Source: Schizochytrium sp. TIO01
Lineage: Eukaryota > Protista > Bigyra: Labyrinthulomycetes
Length of the DNA: 64,000 bases
Direction of reading: 5' to 3'
Assembly: GCA_004764695.1 (NCBI GenBank)
Contig: SMSO01000006.1
Location: 263,859 to 327,858, forward strand
Under the pieces are notes generated by a model. It had not been told where the DNA came from. It did not search any database and saw only the letters and a list, made by a program, of their open reading frames with translations. The translations under genes were made by a program, and so were the position numbers. Below are positions 12,641 through 24,105 of the stretch, piece by piece; the first letter of the stretch is position 1; every line of letters starts with the position of its first letter.

Positions 12641-14743
12641 CTGGATTTTGAGTCGGCGCTGCTGCGCTCTGTGAAGCCATTTCAGTGATTATGAGTGCCT
12701 TTGATCCTCAGCAAACAACTTCCGTGAACGATCGCGGAGCTACCCAGCTTTGCATCATATTAAAAAGTAAAAATAACAAAAAAAAGGTAGAAAGCGCGAG
12801 CGATTGATACATTCGTTTTTGATTTTGCTTAGTGGCATGCTTTGATACGTTCTTTTGGATATGAATAATGCGAAATGTATTATGATTTTGGGGAGCCCGA
12901 AAGATCACCATTCCAGTGTCACAAAATCACGTCAGTCACAATCACAATACATCACACCTCTGCTTGCCATCCATCTCGATCATGAGTAGAGGTTGCCACG
13001 TAAACTAGCCAGTAAAGGTAGGCTGGTTGGTTGAGTTCCTCAGGGTAGACTACGTATCGCGCGTGGGCATCGTTGGCACGTCCCTTGACGGTCTCCTGTG
13101 TCGGATTTTTTATTTCCAAACCTGGGGTCATGCCTCTATCGATGCCATGTATTACCCATGCATTAAAAGGCGTCAATATCTGCGCTGTGCTTTGGACTGC
13201 CTTTACACCGCACTGCTGCCAATGCACCGCACTACAGCATCGTACTAGGTAGAACCAGCTGCACAAGCACGCCCTCACTCACTTGAAGAACTAACTTGTA
13301 CCTTGTCCACAACTTGAGGAACCGCCTCGTAGGTAGGCAGGCAGTAGGAGGAAGTGCCTCAAGAGAGAGTAAGGAACCTATTGATAAATTGAGGGATGAT
13401 AATCATCCGAGTCATCCGTAATTTCCAACAGCATCATCATCACTGCCTGCGAATGCATCATCGATCGCGTCATCATCACAGGCACCCATCATCATCCTCA
13501 CCATCATTATCATCACCACCTCACAATTTCCTTCCTCAGGCTTTTCGTTCTATAAATCACACCCAGCCTGGCTTGGGCTTGCACGAGTGAGCGTGCTCCA
13601 CTGCCGTGCTCACGCCACGGCATCTATCGCTTGGCCATGCACAACATCATCGCTCCTTTGTCTGCACCTATAGCTAGCTAGCTGCTGCGTCTGCGCCGCC
13701 ACAGTCTCCATCATCGTCCTTTATTCCCTTTTAGGACAGCGTCTTAAAATACTGAAGGCGCATACTCCAAGCCAGCCAGGCCTCCTACCCTAAACCTTAG
13801 GACATCCACAGTACTCACCTTTCAAGCTCAGCAACAGCAGCGCACTCCTACAGTTAACGCTAGCCGCGGGGACTGGGAAGAAAGGCGGAGAAACTAACTA
13901 ACTAACTAACTAACTAACGAACTGGAGGTCTGTCTGTGTGCTGGGAACGGGCCATCGCGAGGAACCCAAGCAGCAAGAGCGGCCAATCAATGCGAGGCAG
14001 GCAGCTGGTCGTCCTCCCAGGCACGCCTGCTGCCCATCATCCGCACGCCTGCGTGTCGGTCGTCTCGCGATGCTGCCCGATTCTTGCGGTTGGAGAATGG
14101 ATGAATGATAAGTGAATGAATGAAGGATGAATAAAATACGAGGCACCTCTGTATTTTATTCAAGAGTCTTTTGCTACCCTGTTGAAAATTCAATTTCAAA
14201 AATACCTTCTTCAAAGCCTCTCTTCCTCCCTGCGACCCTATAACACAACAAATACAATGCAATGCAATGCAACAAATACAATGCAACACAACAAATACAA
14301 TGCAACAAATACAATGCAACACATACTGCACATACTGCACATTGGAAAGGTTAATAAGTTAAAGAAAGAAAGAAAGAAAGAAGTTTAAAAAAGAGTCCTC
14401 TCTGATCATATACATACATACATACATACACGAACATTACTGCGCATAACATACATACATTACATGGACAATGTGCTCTCTCGCGGAGAGAGGGAACAAA
14501 TAGGGGCAGGATCGGGAGAGAACCGCCGGCTTCTCGGGCGCTCTGCCTCTGCCTCCTGCCTGCCTGCCTGACTCGAGGCCTGCCTGCCTGCCTGACTCGA
14601 GGCCTGCCTGGAGGCCTGCGCCAGGCCGCTCCTCCCGCCCTGCGGGCCTGCGCTCGCCCTGCGCTGCGCTGCGGCGCTCCGGGTTCTGGTTCTGGGCCGC
14701 GCAGATTAGATTTGCTTTGGTTTGCTTTGGTTTGATTTTTCAA

Positions 14744-14816
14744 AATTCGCCGGCGAATTAAATACGCCTGCGGGTGCGAATTAAATACGCCCTGTGTGCA
14801 TTAAAATACGCCCTGC
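14744..14816. promoter_or_regulatory. 16-bp perfect palindrome overlapping three 22-23-bp direct repeats (candidate protein-binding site cluster)
   Basis: AATTCGCCGGCGAATT at 14744-14759; GCGAATTAAATACGCC at 14753 and 14776; GCATTAAAATACGCC at 14798. Structure is seen directly; function is inferred. Confidence 0.4.
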
Positions 14817-17800
14817 TCGTCGACCGCGGAAGCCTCCGTTGCCGCCAAAAAGCCGCGGGCGAACGGGAGTTTAGCTGCTGCTCAGGCGCAGAGCGACTCC
14901 GTTGCACTCGGCCTGGGACGAGCGAATCTCGCGCGAGAGGGTGATTGAGCTGCGGATGAATGTCACAATAGGTAAGAGATCAGAGAAAGATCAAATCCAA
15001 CAAAATCAGCGCAGTTGGTTTTACTTTCTTTTTACTTTACTTTAACATTAGTTATCTTTCTTTCGATCATTGCGAACTTACTTAGTGGTTGAATGGCGTG
15101 GTTTTTGAGGGTTCGGAATACAGTGACTTATAGCCCCTTACAAGTGGAGTTTACGACGCTCTTGCAAGTGAAGTATACCACTGCGCAAGTAGAGCACTAG
15201 CTTCACAAGTCAACTATCGCGCCAGCGGCCCTTTTTTCTTTCTTTCTTTCTTTCAATCTTTCAATCTTTTAATCTGGCAAAAACGGAGCATTAATTGTTC
15301 CCTCTTTTACTTACTTATTCTGTATATTTGTGCATTTATCGTGGGCAAATGAACTTGAATCTTAGGTATAAAAGGGTAAAATTAGATACAAATAAAATAA
15401 AAAACCGCGACTAATTCATTCATTCGTGCGATTGACCACGACAGGAATCCTCATCAATCTCATCTCAAAAGGCCGCCCCAAAAGCAGTCTGCGGAGGTCC
15501 GCAGACCATATCGATTGCCGGAAAGTCATGCTACAAAATGCGCTGCGGCAGGTTCAAGAAGCAATCTGCTCATGAGTGAATCAGGAAACGAATGATTGAT
15601 TGAATGAATCAATGAATCAATGAATCAATGAACGTATTGCATCGTTTGCTCTGCTTTGCTTTGCTTTGCTTTGCAAATAAATAAATAAAGAGAGAAAGAA
15701 ATAGAGAGATAGAGAGGCAGTAGGTACTGCTACAGAGGCAGATAGATTTGTGCGACTGCGCTAACTTTGTGCCGACACACTGCCGACGGCTGCCCCCCTG
15801 AGTGCCCTGCAAGATGCGTACAGAAGCGGGCAAAGGGGGGTAGCGAGGGAGTGAGGGAGAATAATGGACGCTCCGCGGGTGTATCTTTCGTGCGCATAGT
15901 ACACAGGACTGAATGAGTTTCTTAATGAAAACAAAAAGCAATCACAGAATGAGCAAGTTAATAAATTACTACCATCTGAAGAAAAGGAGAAAAGAAAAAA
16001 AGCATTCGGATATTTAAAAATGGGAGGTTCTATTGACAGATCTATCTGGTGATAAGGCGCCTACAATTTAAATAAATAAATAAATAATTAAATAAATAAA
16101 TAAATAAAAAGGTATTCTCTTCTTTGCAGATCATGATTTAATTATAAAACAATCTCCTCGCTTGCGATGAATAATCTTGCAGCCCTATACCGATTCGCTG
16201 ATTGCTGATGTGCAGGCGCGGTAGTTTTGGTATGTGACACAGGGCCGACGCCTGTGAGGGCTCTGACTCATGGCTTCTGCGTGCTTTGCTTATGGCCTCC
16301 TCGTTTTCTTGAACGATGGAGCGAAACTTCAATTGGTTTGCCTGTGATCCAGCGAATGCTGCTTGCTTTCGGTGTGAGGCACCTCAGGCTGTGGGCCAGT
16401 GGCCCGTAGAGGGGAGAGCTCCGACAAACAGCAAAGATTCGTCACAGACTTATGAGAGCACTGTCGAAAGAAAGGACATGGGGTTCTCCTCCACCTCTCC
16501 TCACTGTGTTTCGAGGAGGCAGTGGAGGAACCAAACTTAACGCCCCATCAGAGACAGACATGTGCAGTGGGGATAGAGGGGATTATAGGCAGTTGTCCAC
16601 CATAATTGCTCTTGCGCGGTTTCCACAGCTTTCTGTGTGCCCAAATCACTGCCAGATTTGTCACCGCTGCACTTCCTCCCTTATCCCACTTGCATTTTTG
16701 TATATCCTATTTGTGTCCACATTCTACAATAACTTATTTCTAAACTTACTATGACCCTTCGCTCTCCGTAACTGCACAATTCGCACTTTTGCTATAGCCC
16801 CCTTTCCCTTTTCCGCCAAGTGAGTTATACTTTTATTATCTACTTGTAGAACCCTTCGCAAGTGGGCCAAACCGGTATACCAAGTTCCCAATTTTGGCGG
16901 GCCTTGTAAGCAAACAAACAAACAAACAACCATAAAAAGGGAAAGAATCGCGGAAGCATCGATGATTTATTTTCCGCCATCGACCTTGTGAATCTCTGAA
17001 GCATCGATTGCTGCTTAAGCAGGTCTGTCGGAGCTGCCTCAGTCGCACCTCAACGCTTACTCGGCGAGCGTGATCTGTCAACAAACAAATCCCCAAAGTC
17101 CAACGATGGCAAACCAACTTTCGTTATTGTCTCTCTTTTGATTAAAACTAAAAACTAAAAACTAAAAACAAAAATAGAATGAGTTTGTAAAAAACATTTT
17201 AAAAAAAATTAAAATCTCTCCTTTCTGAAAATAAGACAACATAAAATACCAAATCATTTAAAAGAAGGAGGCCTAATCAACCGCTAGTCCATATACGCAG
17301 GCACTGCTAGAAGAAGACCATAGCTAGTATTAGCCTCAGTCAAAACAAACTGAGAAAGAGAAAGAAAGAAAGAAAGAAAGAAAAAAAGAAAGAAAGAGAG
17401 AAAGAGAAAAACGCAATGGTGCCTATCTATATCCACAGGTAAGTGACTCAATCTTCGTTCGATCGTGAGGTCATACGTACGTCATTGCCACGTTCAGCCT
17501 GCGCCGCAGCAAGCAAGAAGGCCGGCAAGCCGTCTGCTCTGCCGTGTGCACCCGTCTGCGCGGCGCTCCTCGCAGCCTGCTTCCCGCCACTCCTCTCCCT
17601 CCGCCTCGACGACGATGCTGATCCGTTCGCTCTCTTCTCAGCTCAATCCGGTTTTCTCTTCATCAATCAGCGCCCTCCTCTGGCAACCTGCGGTACCCTC
17701 CAGCTAGCGTTTTCTCTACCCTCCGCGTATTTTATTCGCTCCCTGCCGTCTCCCTCACAACGCTGCAGGGAAACAAACTCAAAAAGAAAGATTTAAAACA

Positions 17801-17817
17801 GCAGACGTGTGACAACA

Positions 17818-17853
<36 letters not shown>

Positions 17854-18377
17854 AACAGACAAACACAAAGAGAGAAAGGGAGAGAAAGAAAGTAAATGAG
17901 AAAGAAAGAACAAATGACTGACCTGTATGTATGTATGCTTTATCTTCATACGCTTGCTTACTTACGTAGGTCAGCGCCGCTGACTCATAAAAGGCCTTCG
18001 CGAGTTTCCCGAAGAGAGCAGCATAGCGGCACATAGGCGGCTCTAGGCTCGAGGAGGCGCTGCTGCTTTGGTATTATCCATCTCTACTTATGGTGGATAC
18101 GGATGAAAATGAAAATTAAAATTAAAAGGAAAATGAAAAGGAAAGAATGACGGAGCTCTCTCTCTATCAATGAATCAATGAATCAATGAATCAATCTATC
18201 TATCTATCTATCTATCTATAGGTAGCTGGTTTCTCGCTTCTTTCCGGTACGAGTTGAGTGAGTGCATGGCCTACCTCGATATAATGCGATAGAAGGTCTG
18301 CGAAGAGCATCGCTCACGCTGGAAGGCGACGATGGTCGATGGTGAAACTGATAGATCGTTGGGCAGGTTTTGTTTGC

Positions 18378-18455
18378 TTGTTTGTATTTGTTTGTTTATA
18401 TTTGTTTGTTTGTATTTGTTTGTTTGTATTTGTTTGTTTGTTTGTTTGTTTGTTT
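18378..18455. repeat. (TTTG)n microsatellite with TTTGTA interruptions
   Basis: Read directly. Confidence 0.85.
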
Positions 18456-18874
18456 GGAAAAGGTAACAAATCGAGGTAGATAGCGAATGTATGGGGAACA
18501 AATAGATAGAAAGGGGAAAGAGAAGAGGCTTTTCTTTCTTTCTTTGTTTCTTTGTTTCTTTCTTTGTTTTTTTCTTTGAGCCAAGAAGAGAGAGAGAGAG
18601 AGAGAGAAAACAAACGATGAGTTGATCGTCGATGGACTGGTAGGTGGAGCAGTAGGTGGAGCAGTAGATGGATGATGAGTAAAATAGGTAGATAGATAGT
18701 TAGTTAGTTAGTTGTAGGATAGATATTTAGAAAAAAAGAAAAGAGAAGGAGGATAGTAAGAAGGAGAAGGAGAAAGAAGATGATGACTGCGGCAACAAAC
18801 CCGATTGCGGATCGCTCTACGCGGTGCTCCTTTCTCTGTCCTCGCTTTCCGCTTCCCGCTCGCTCTTTGTCACG

Positions 18875-20386
18875 ATGCTCGCAGCTTCTCGCGTGAGCAG
18901 CTCCATCGGCGCCAGCGCCCCCCGCCTTCGCGTCCTCGGCGTTCGCGGCGTTCGCGCCTTCTCCGCCGCCGCGGATGAGGAATTCGATGTGGTCTTCGTC
19001 GGCGGTGGTCCCGGTGGCTACTACGGCGCCATCAAGGCTTCCCAGCTCGGCCTCAAGGCCGCCTGTGTTGAGGGCCGCGGAAAGCTCGGTGGCACCTGCC
19101 TGAACGTGGGCTGCATTCCCTCCAAGGCTCTTCTCGAGTCCTCTCACCACTACCACATGGCCAAGCACGACTTCGCCGAGCACGGTATCTCCATCAAGGA
19201 TATCTCCATCAGCCTCGACACTCTCATGGAGAAGAAGCGTGATGTCGTTGAGGGTCTCACCAGCGGTATTGAGGGTCTCTTCAAGAAGAACAAGACCACC
19301 TACGTTAAGGGCTGGGGTAAGATCATCAGCGCCAACGAGGTCTCCGTCGCACTCGCTGACGGCGGCAACCAGACCGTCAAGGCCAAGAACATTGTCATCG
19401 CCACCGGATCTGAGCCCACCCCTCTCCCCCCCTGCCCTGTGGACAACGAGAAGAAGCGCATCGTTGACTCCACTGGCTGCCTCGAGCTTGAGTCCATCCC
19501 CGAGAAGATGATCGTCGTTGGTGGTGGTGTCATTGGTCTCGAAATGGCCTCTGTTTGGTCCCGCCTCGGATCTGAGGTCACCGTTGTTGAGTTCATGGAC
19601 TCCCTCTGCCCCGGCATGGACGCTGAGCTCATTAAGACCTTCCAGCGCACCCTCCAGAAGCAGGGCATCAACTTCAAGCTCAAGACCAAGGTGACTGGCA
19701 CTGAGGTGACTGACAACGGCGTCAAGGTGACCATGGAGCCCAGCAAGGGTGGTGACGCCGAGACCATCGAGACCAACGTTGTGCTTGTGGCCACTGGACG
19801 CCGCCCGTACACCAAGGGTCTCGGCCTCGAGGAGCTTGGCATTGCTGTTGACAAGGCTGGACGCGTTGAGGTCGATGACCACTTCCGCACCAACATCCCT
19901 TCCATCTACGCTGGAGGTGATGTCATCAAGGGACCCATGCTTGCACACAAGGCTGAGCACGACTGCTCTGCTATCGCTGAGATCCTCTCTGGTAAGGCAG
20001 GACACGTCAACTACGATACCGTGCCCGGCGTCATCTACACTAGCCCCGAGGTTGCTGCCGTGGGCGCCACCGAGGAGCAGCTCAAGGCACAGGGCATTAA
20101 GTACAAGAAGGGCAAGTTCAACTACATGGCCAACTCTCGCGCACGCGCCATCCGTCAGACCGAGGGATTCGTCAAGTTCCTTGCCTGCAAGGAGACTGAC
20201 CGCCTTCTCGGAGCCCACATCATTGGCCCTAACGCCGGTGAGGCCATTGCTGAGGCTGTCATCGCCCTCGAGTACGGTGCCTCCTCTGAGGATCTTGCCC
20301 GTGTGTGCCACCCTCACCCCTGCCTCAGCGAGGCCATCGGCGAGACCGCCATGGCCACCGCTTTCGGCAAGCCCATCCACAGCTAA
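18875..20386 (+). CDS. DLD: Dihydrolipoamide dehydrogenase (E3 / glycine cleavage L-protein), mitochondrial precursor
   Basis: First ATG at 18875 (the track's 18824 start is GTG). FAD-binding GGGPGGY, redox disulfide GGTCLNVGCIPSK, ATGS, NADH-binding GGGVIGLE, GDVIKGPMLAHKA, C-terminal HPxLSE dyad. Arg/Ser/Ala-rich acid-free presequence ending VRAF/S. Very strong C/G-ending codon bias. Confidence 0.98.
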   Translation: MLAASRVSSSIGASAPRLRVLGVRGVRAFSAAADEEFDVVFVGGGPGGYYGAIKASQLGLKAACVEGRGKLGGTCLNVGCIPSKALLESSHHYHMAKHDFAEHGISIKDISISLDTLMEKKRDVVEGLTSGIEGLFKKNKTTYVKGWGKIISANEVSVALADGGNQTVKAKNIVIATGSEPTPLPPCPVDNEKKRIVDSTGCLELESIPEKMIVVGGGVIGLEMASVWSRLGSEVTVVEFMDSLCPGMDAELIKTFQRTLQKQGINFKLKTKVTGTEVTDNGVKVTMEPSKGGDAETIETNVVLVATGRRPYTKGLGLEELGIAVDKAGRVEVDDHFRTNIPSIYAGGDVIKGPMLAHKAEHDCSAIAEILSGKAGHVNYDTVPGVIYTSPEVAAVGATEEQLKAQGIKYKKGKFNYMANSRARAIRQTEGFVKFLACKETDRLLGAHIIGPNAGEAIAEAVIALEYGASSEDLARVCHPHPCLSEAIGETAMATAFGKPIHS

Positions 20387-21349
20387 ATTTTGCACATCAT
20401 TGCTTCTTTAACCTACTTACTTACTCATTGAGCACCTGCATACTCTTCCATTGTTCTTATTCATTGTCGTTGTTGCTGTTGATGCTGTTTGCTGCTGTCT
20501 ATTTGTTTGATTCTTCTTTGTGTCACCTTCAATCTAGTGATTGATTGACCCCTTTACCTGCCCACTTCTTTCCTCTGGTGCCGCTGGTGCCGCTGCTGCT
20601 GCTGCAAGAGAGAGAGATCGTTCTTTTGCACACTCACACCACACAAATATATACAAACAATCATGTCACAAATAGATAATTATTGCTCAGCCTACGTTTG
20701 ATTTCTAGCGACAAGAACAATACTATGAGAAGCCTTTTTCCAATCCGCAAAACGTTCAACACTTTTACTTCTCTGACTCTGTCTAGACAGATTAATCACT
20801 TCAAGAAAAAACCTAACTAAATAGAATACAATTGTGACAACATGTCTTCTTCGTATCTCTTCTTTCGCGCTCCAGGACACGAAGGATCTTTAAAAGCTGG
20901 GCCTTCTGAAAGGTACATAGGTGCTTGTGTCTGGCGCTGTGACTCCCCCTTTTCCTTTAAAAAAAAATCAAATTATACAGAGCATATACAACCCAGTCGA
21001 ACCTTTTGTTATAGATCATCTTGTGATTTCACTCAAACAACTTTTCATCTTTTATTTTCAGCAACCCCCGCATATCATCATTGTCACGTCAGACCCTTCT
21101 GTGCAGGTAGGTAGAAACCTGACTACCGATACTATCAGTTTTTCGAAGATTTCGAAGATCTTTTTATAAATGTAATGGCATAGTGGGACCTTGTTTTGGG
21201 GTTTTCCTCTCTCAGAAGATATTTTCTGCTTCACTATGGTTGCTCTCTTTAAAGAGATCATGCGGATTTTGCCTCAACTTAGGTAGAGAGTCAACTTGAT
21301 CAAAGCATTGCGCATAGCTTGTGAGAATGACTTCATAGATCTACGCAGT

Positions 21350-21423
21350 TGGTACCTACCTACCTACCTACCTACCTACCTGCCTACCTGCCTGCCTGCC
21401 TGCCTGCCTACTATGCCTACCTA
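21350..21423. repeat. Compound (ACCT)n-(GCCT)n microsatellite upstream of the PCD gene
   Basis: Read directly. Confidence 0.85.
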
Positions 21424-21568
21424 GGTTGTTGTCACCAACGTTTTGTGATTTGCTAGTGTGAGCCAAAATGCGAACTAAAGGAGGACTAACTACCAGTCAC
21501 TCAACCCAGTTCAACCCAGTGCGTTGAGGCAAGGTCGTAAACGAAGTAGAGACAGAAGTACACAAACA

Positions 21569-21997
21569 ATGGAGGCATCATCAGTAGCTACCACTCCGGC
21601 ATCAGAAGCTCCTGCTAGAGGCAAGTGCTCTGGAGAAAAACTTGAAGAGGCAGAAGTCGCTGCTGGCATGACCACACTCTGCCCCTCTTGGCAGCTTGCA
21701 GGCGAAGGTACCTTGATTAAACGCGCGTTTGTTGCGAAGAACTTCGTAAAGGCTGTGGAGTGGATCAACGCTGTTGCTGTAGAGGCCGAAAAGATCAACC
21801 ACCATCCGGATTTACACCTCACAAACTACCGCGAGGTCGAAATTGTGCTGCAAACGCATTCTCAGAAGGGTCTCACAGCGGTCGACTTTGATCTTGCTCG
21901 CAATGTTGACGAGATTGCCATTGACTACAGCCCCAAATTCCTCAGAGAAAATCCCAACATCACGGCGGGTATCAAGAAGCAGGAAGAGGAGCAGTAA
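21569..21997 (+). CDS. PCBD: Pterin-4-alpha-carbinolamine dehydratase (PCD/PhhB family)
   Basis: First ATG at 21569. Matches the catalytic signature E-x3-H-H-P-x6-Y-x9-H-x8-D (EKINHHPDLHLTNYREVEIVLQTHSQKGLTAVD). Confidence 0.94.
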   Translation: MEASSVATTPASEAPARGKCSGEKLEEAEVAAGMTTLCPSWQLAGEGTLIKRAFVAKNFVKAVEWINAVAVEAEKINHHPDLHLTNYREVEIVLQTHSQKGLTAVDFDLARNVDEIAIDYSPKFLRENPNITAGIKKQEEEQ

Positions 21998-23334
21998 AGA
22001 GCGAAATTAGTCAAGTTTCGGCATAAGCTGACCAAAGATGTATAACACACATTATTCTGTCAGATAGTAATAGCCCTTCAGTAGGCCTCTCGATAAGGTT
22101 GCATTTTGATGACCTCAAGCAAGAACTGCAATAGGCTTATGCCATGCTGAAGTGCGGGACATTAACACAATTCGCCCACCTTTGGCCTTTCCATAAAACA
22201 AATGTTCTGAAAATGAAGTTCTATTTCCTATTCGGTTGAATCATGTCTAATACTTGTTGCCTGGCAGACCCTGCGCCCACTTGAGCAAGTGTGTGAAATA
22301 GACGTTAATTCTTGTGGACAATAATTGAATGAGTCAGGTTGACAGAGGCAAATTATAGTAACAAACCTGCATTGCAATGCGCCTTTCTCTCTCTTTAATC
22401 ACAGAGTTTCCCTCCGAAGATAATATAATGTCTGAAGGACAACATCTTATGAGATAAAGTTGCGCGACTTTGAACTATTCCGGGACATGTCTATTAGATC
22501 TCGGGCTTTGGGAGTCTATAAGGACACGGTAAAGAGGGAGTAGGCTACGATAGTTTGTGTATTATCATTAAGACAGATTCTCTGAGCATTTTGGTGCCAG
22601 TGATAGTTGTAGCAGCAGCGATCCTTTCTCACATCCTCGACGTCATGTAGTATCTATCTAATATAGGTTGATTTGAGCAAGAAGAAAACGATTTTGAAGA
22701 ATGCCAACAAACACTCTTTGCTTCCCAAATATTAAAATATTGCAAGGTAAGAATCACTCAATTGATACTCCACCACTCAGCACAACGTATTTCAAGATTA
22801 TATACTGCAGATGGCCCCAGACGTGGATTATCGCAACCTACTAAACATGAAACAATATCAACGAGGCAAGTAAAAGAAGTTATAAACTCAATAAAGCAGT
22901 TATAGCAGAAATGAGGATTGTTTCATACGTCGTATTGCCGAAAGAGAAATAAATCCCAGAAAGTAGGAAAAGGTTTTGGTTTGTTTTTTTGTTCTTGAAA
23001 AGACATAGTATGTGGGGATATTTCACTCCAAAGCAGTGTTGGCCAGTTAGCTGATGTCTGTTTTATTCATACACCAACAAGCAAGCAAGCAAAAAGCAGA
23101 CAGTAACAGATAATTGTTTCTCGATCAGATAGACAGATAGGCTGCTCAGCAAATAACGCGCAACTGTTGTGACATGTTCGATCGTTTTCGAGTTGCAGAC
23201 TCGCAAGAGAATAGCAGCATGGAAAAGAAGGTAGGTAGGTGATGTATGGATTGGTGATGTGTGTGTGTGCAAATTCACCGACCCACGCAAGCGAATGGTC
23301 AAAACGTGGTTAAGCAAATAAAACCTTCTCACGT

Positions 23335-24105
23335 TTAGGAGCTCGTCGTGGAGCAAGATGCGCCGTCAACGCACGCTTGAACTGCCTCGTCCCAGTAGAG
23401 ACCATCAGTGCAGCTGCAGATGTCACATGTCATGGGCATGTCTGCCGGGGCAGGGTAAGAAGTGGAGCCACATACGTAGTGGTAAGTACAGTCAATGGTA
23501 CGGTTGCCAGAGCATGAGGTGTTCCAGTAAGACGAGGTGGAGTTATCAGAGAGAGAAGACGAGAGTTCACTAGATTCAAGATAGACATCGTCAGCAGAGA
23601 GGGTGAGCGTAGCGCTGGAAGAGGAGGCCCAAGAGGCTCCAGCAACGTAGTTACTGCACTTCTTCGCTGTTGCCACACAGGTGCCTGCATCAGCGTCCCA
23701 CCACTCGGCACTGGGGCAAGCACATGCATCGCAGAGCATAAATTCATTGGCGGGTTGACCACAGATGTTGTAGTAGCTGCAGTCATATGTACGGCCACCA
23801 TTGCAGGAGTCCTCCTCGGCAACACAAGAAGCCCCTGCCAGGGTAAGCTCCATGACATAGCCATCGTTACATTTGCAGTCGGTGTAGGTGCCAGAGCATT
23901 TCTTCTTTCGCTTGGCAGTACCGTTTGCACCACAGTCAGTACTGCAGAGCTTTTTGTGGCGAGAGAGCTGAAGCGTAGAAATTCCTTCACCATCTTCAAG
24001 AGCTTGCATGATTTGGCTACGCAAATGCACGGCATTTGTTACCTCGCATGCCATTGCGATAATCATGGCGAAAAGCACTGCCGCTGCTACTTGTGTCTTG
24101 GACAT
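23335..24105 (-). CDS. Secreted cysteine-rich protein: signal peptide, EGF-like module, two 8-Cys TIL-like repeats separated by a Ser-rich linker
   Basis: 256-aa ATG ORF (AAAATG context), hydrophobic N-terminus. Module C-x3-C-GANG...C...CxC-NDGY...C. Internal repeat SC-xGxRTxDCxY..CG...MxCDxCxC....WD....CV....C occurs twice. Confidence 0.85.
   Translation of the reverse strand: MSKTQVAAAVLFAMIIAMACEVTNAVHLRSQIMQALEDGEGISTLQLSRHKKLCSTDCGANGTAKRKKKCSGTYTDCKCNDGYVMELTLAGASCVAEEDSCNGGRTYDCSYYNICGQPANEFMLCDACACPSAEWWDADAGTCVATAKKCSNYVAGASWASSSSATLTLSADDVYLESSELSSSLSDNSTSSYWNTSCSGNRTIDCTYHYVCGSTSYPAPADMPMTCDICSCTDGLYWDEAVQACVDGASCSTTSS

Noticed and set aside
18704-20395. 563-aa antisense ORF (and shorter alternative-frame ORFs) overlapping DLD
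   Set aside because: It mirrors the DLD codons. Strong codon bias (avoidance of TTA/CTA/TCA) removes antisense stops; it has a TTG start and no domain motifs.
6245-21997. Metabolic gene cluster (b5R, DLD, PCD) for pterin/redox recycling
   Set aside because: No hydroxylase or pterin reductase nearby, 11 kb separates b5R and DLD, and adjacency of housekeeping genes is unremarkable.
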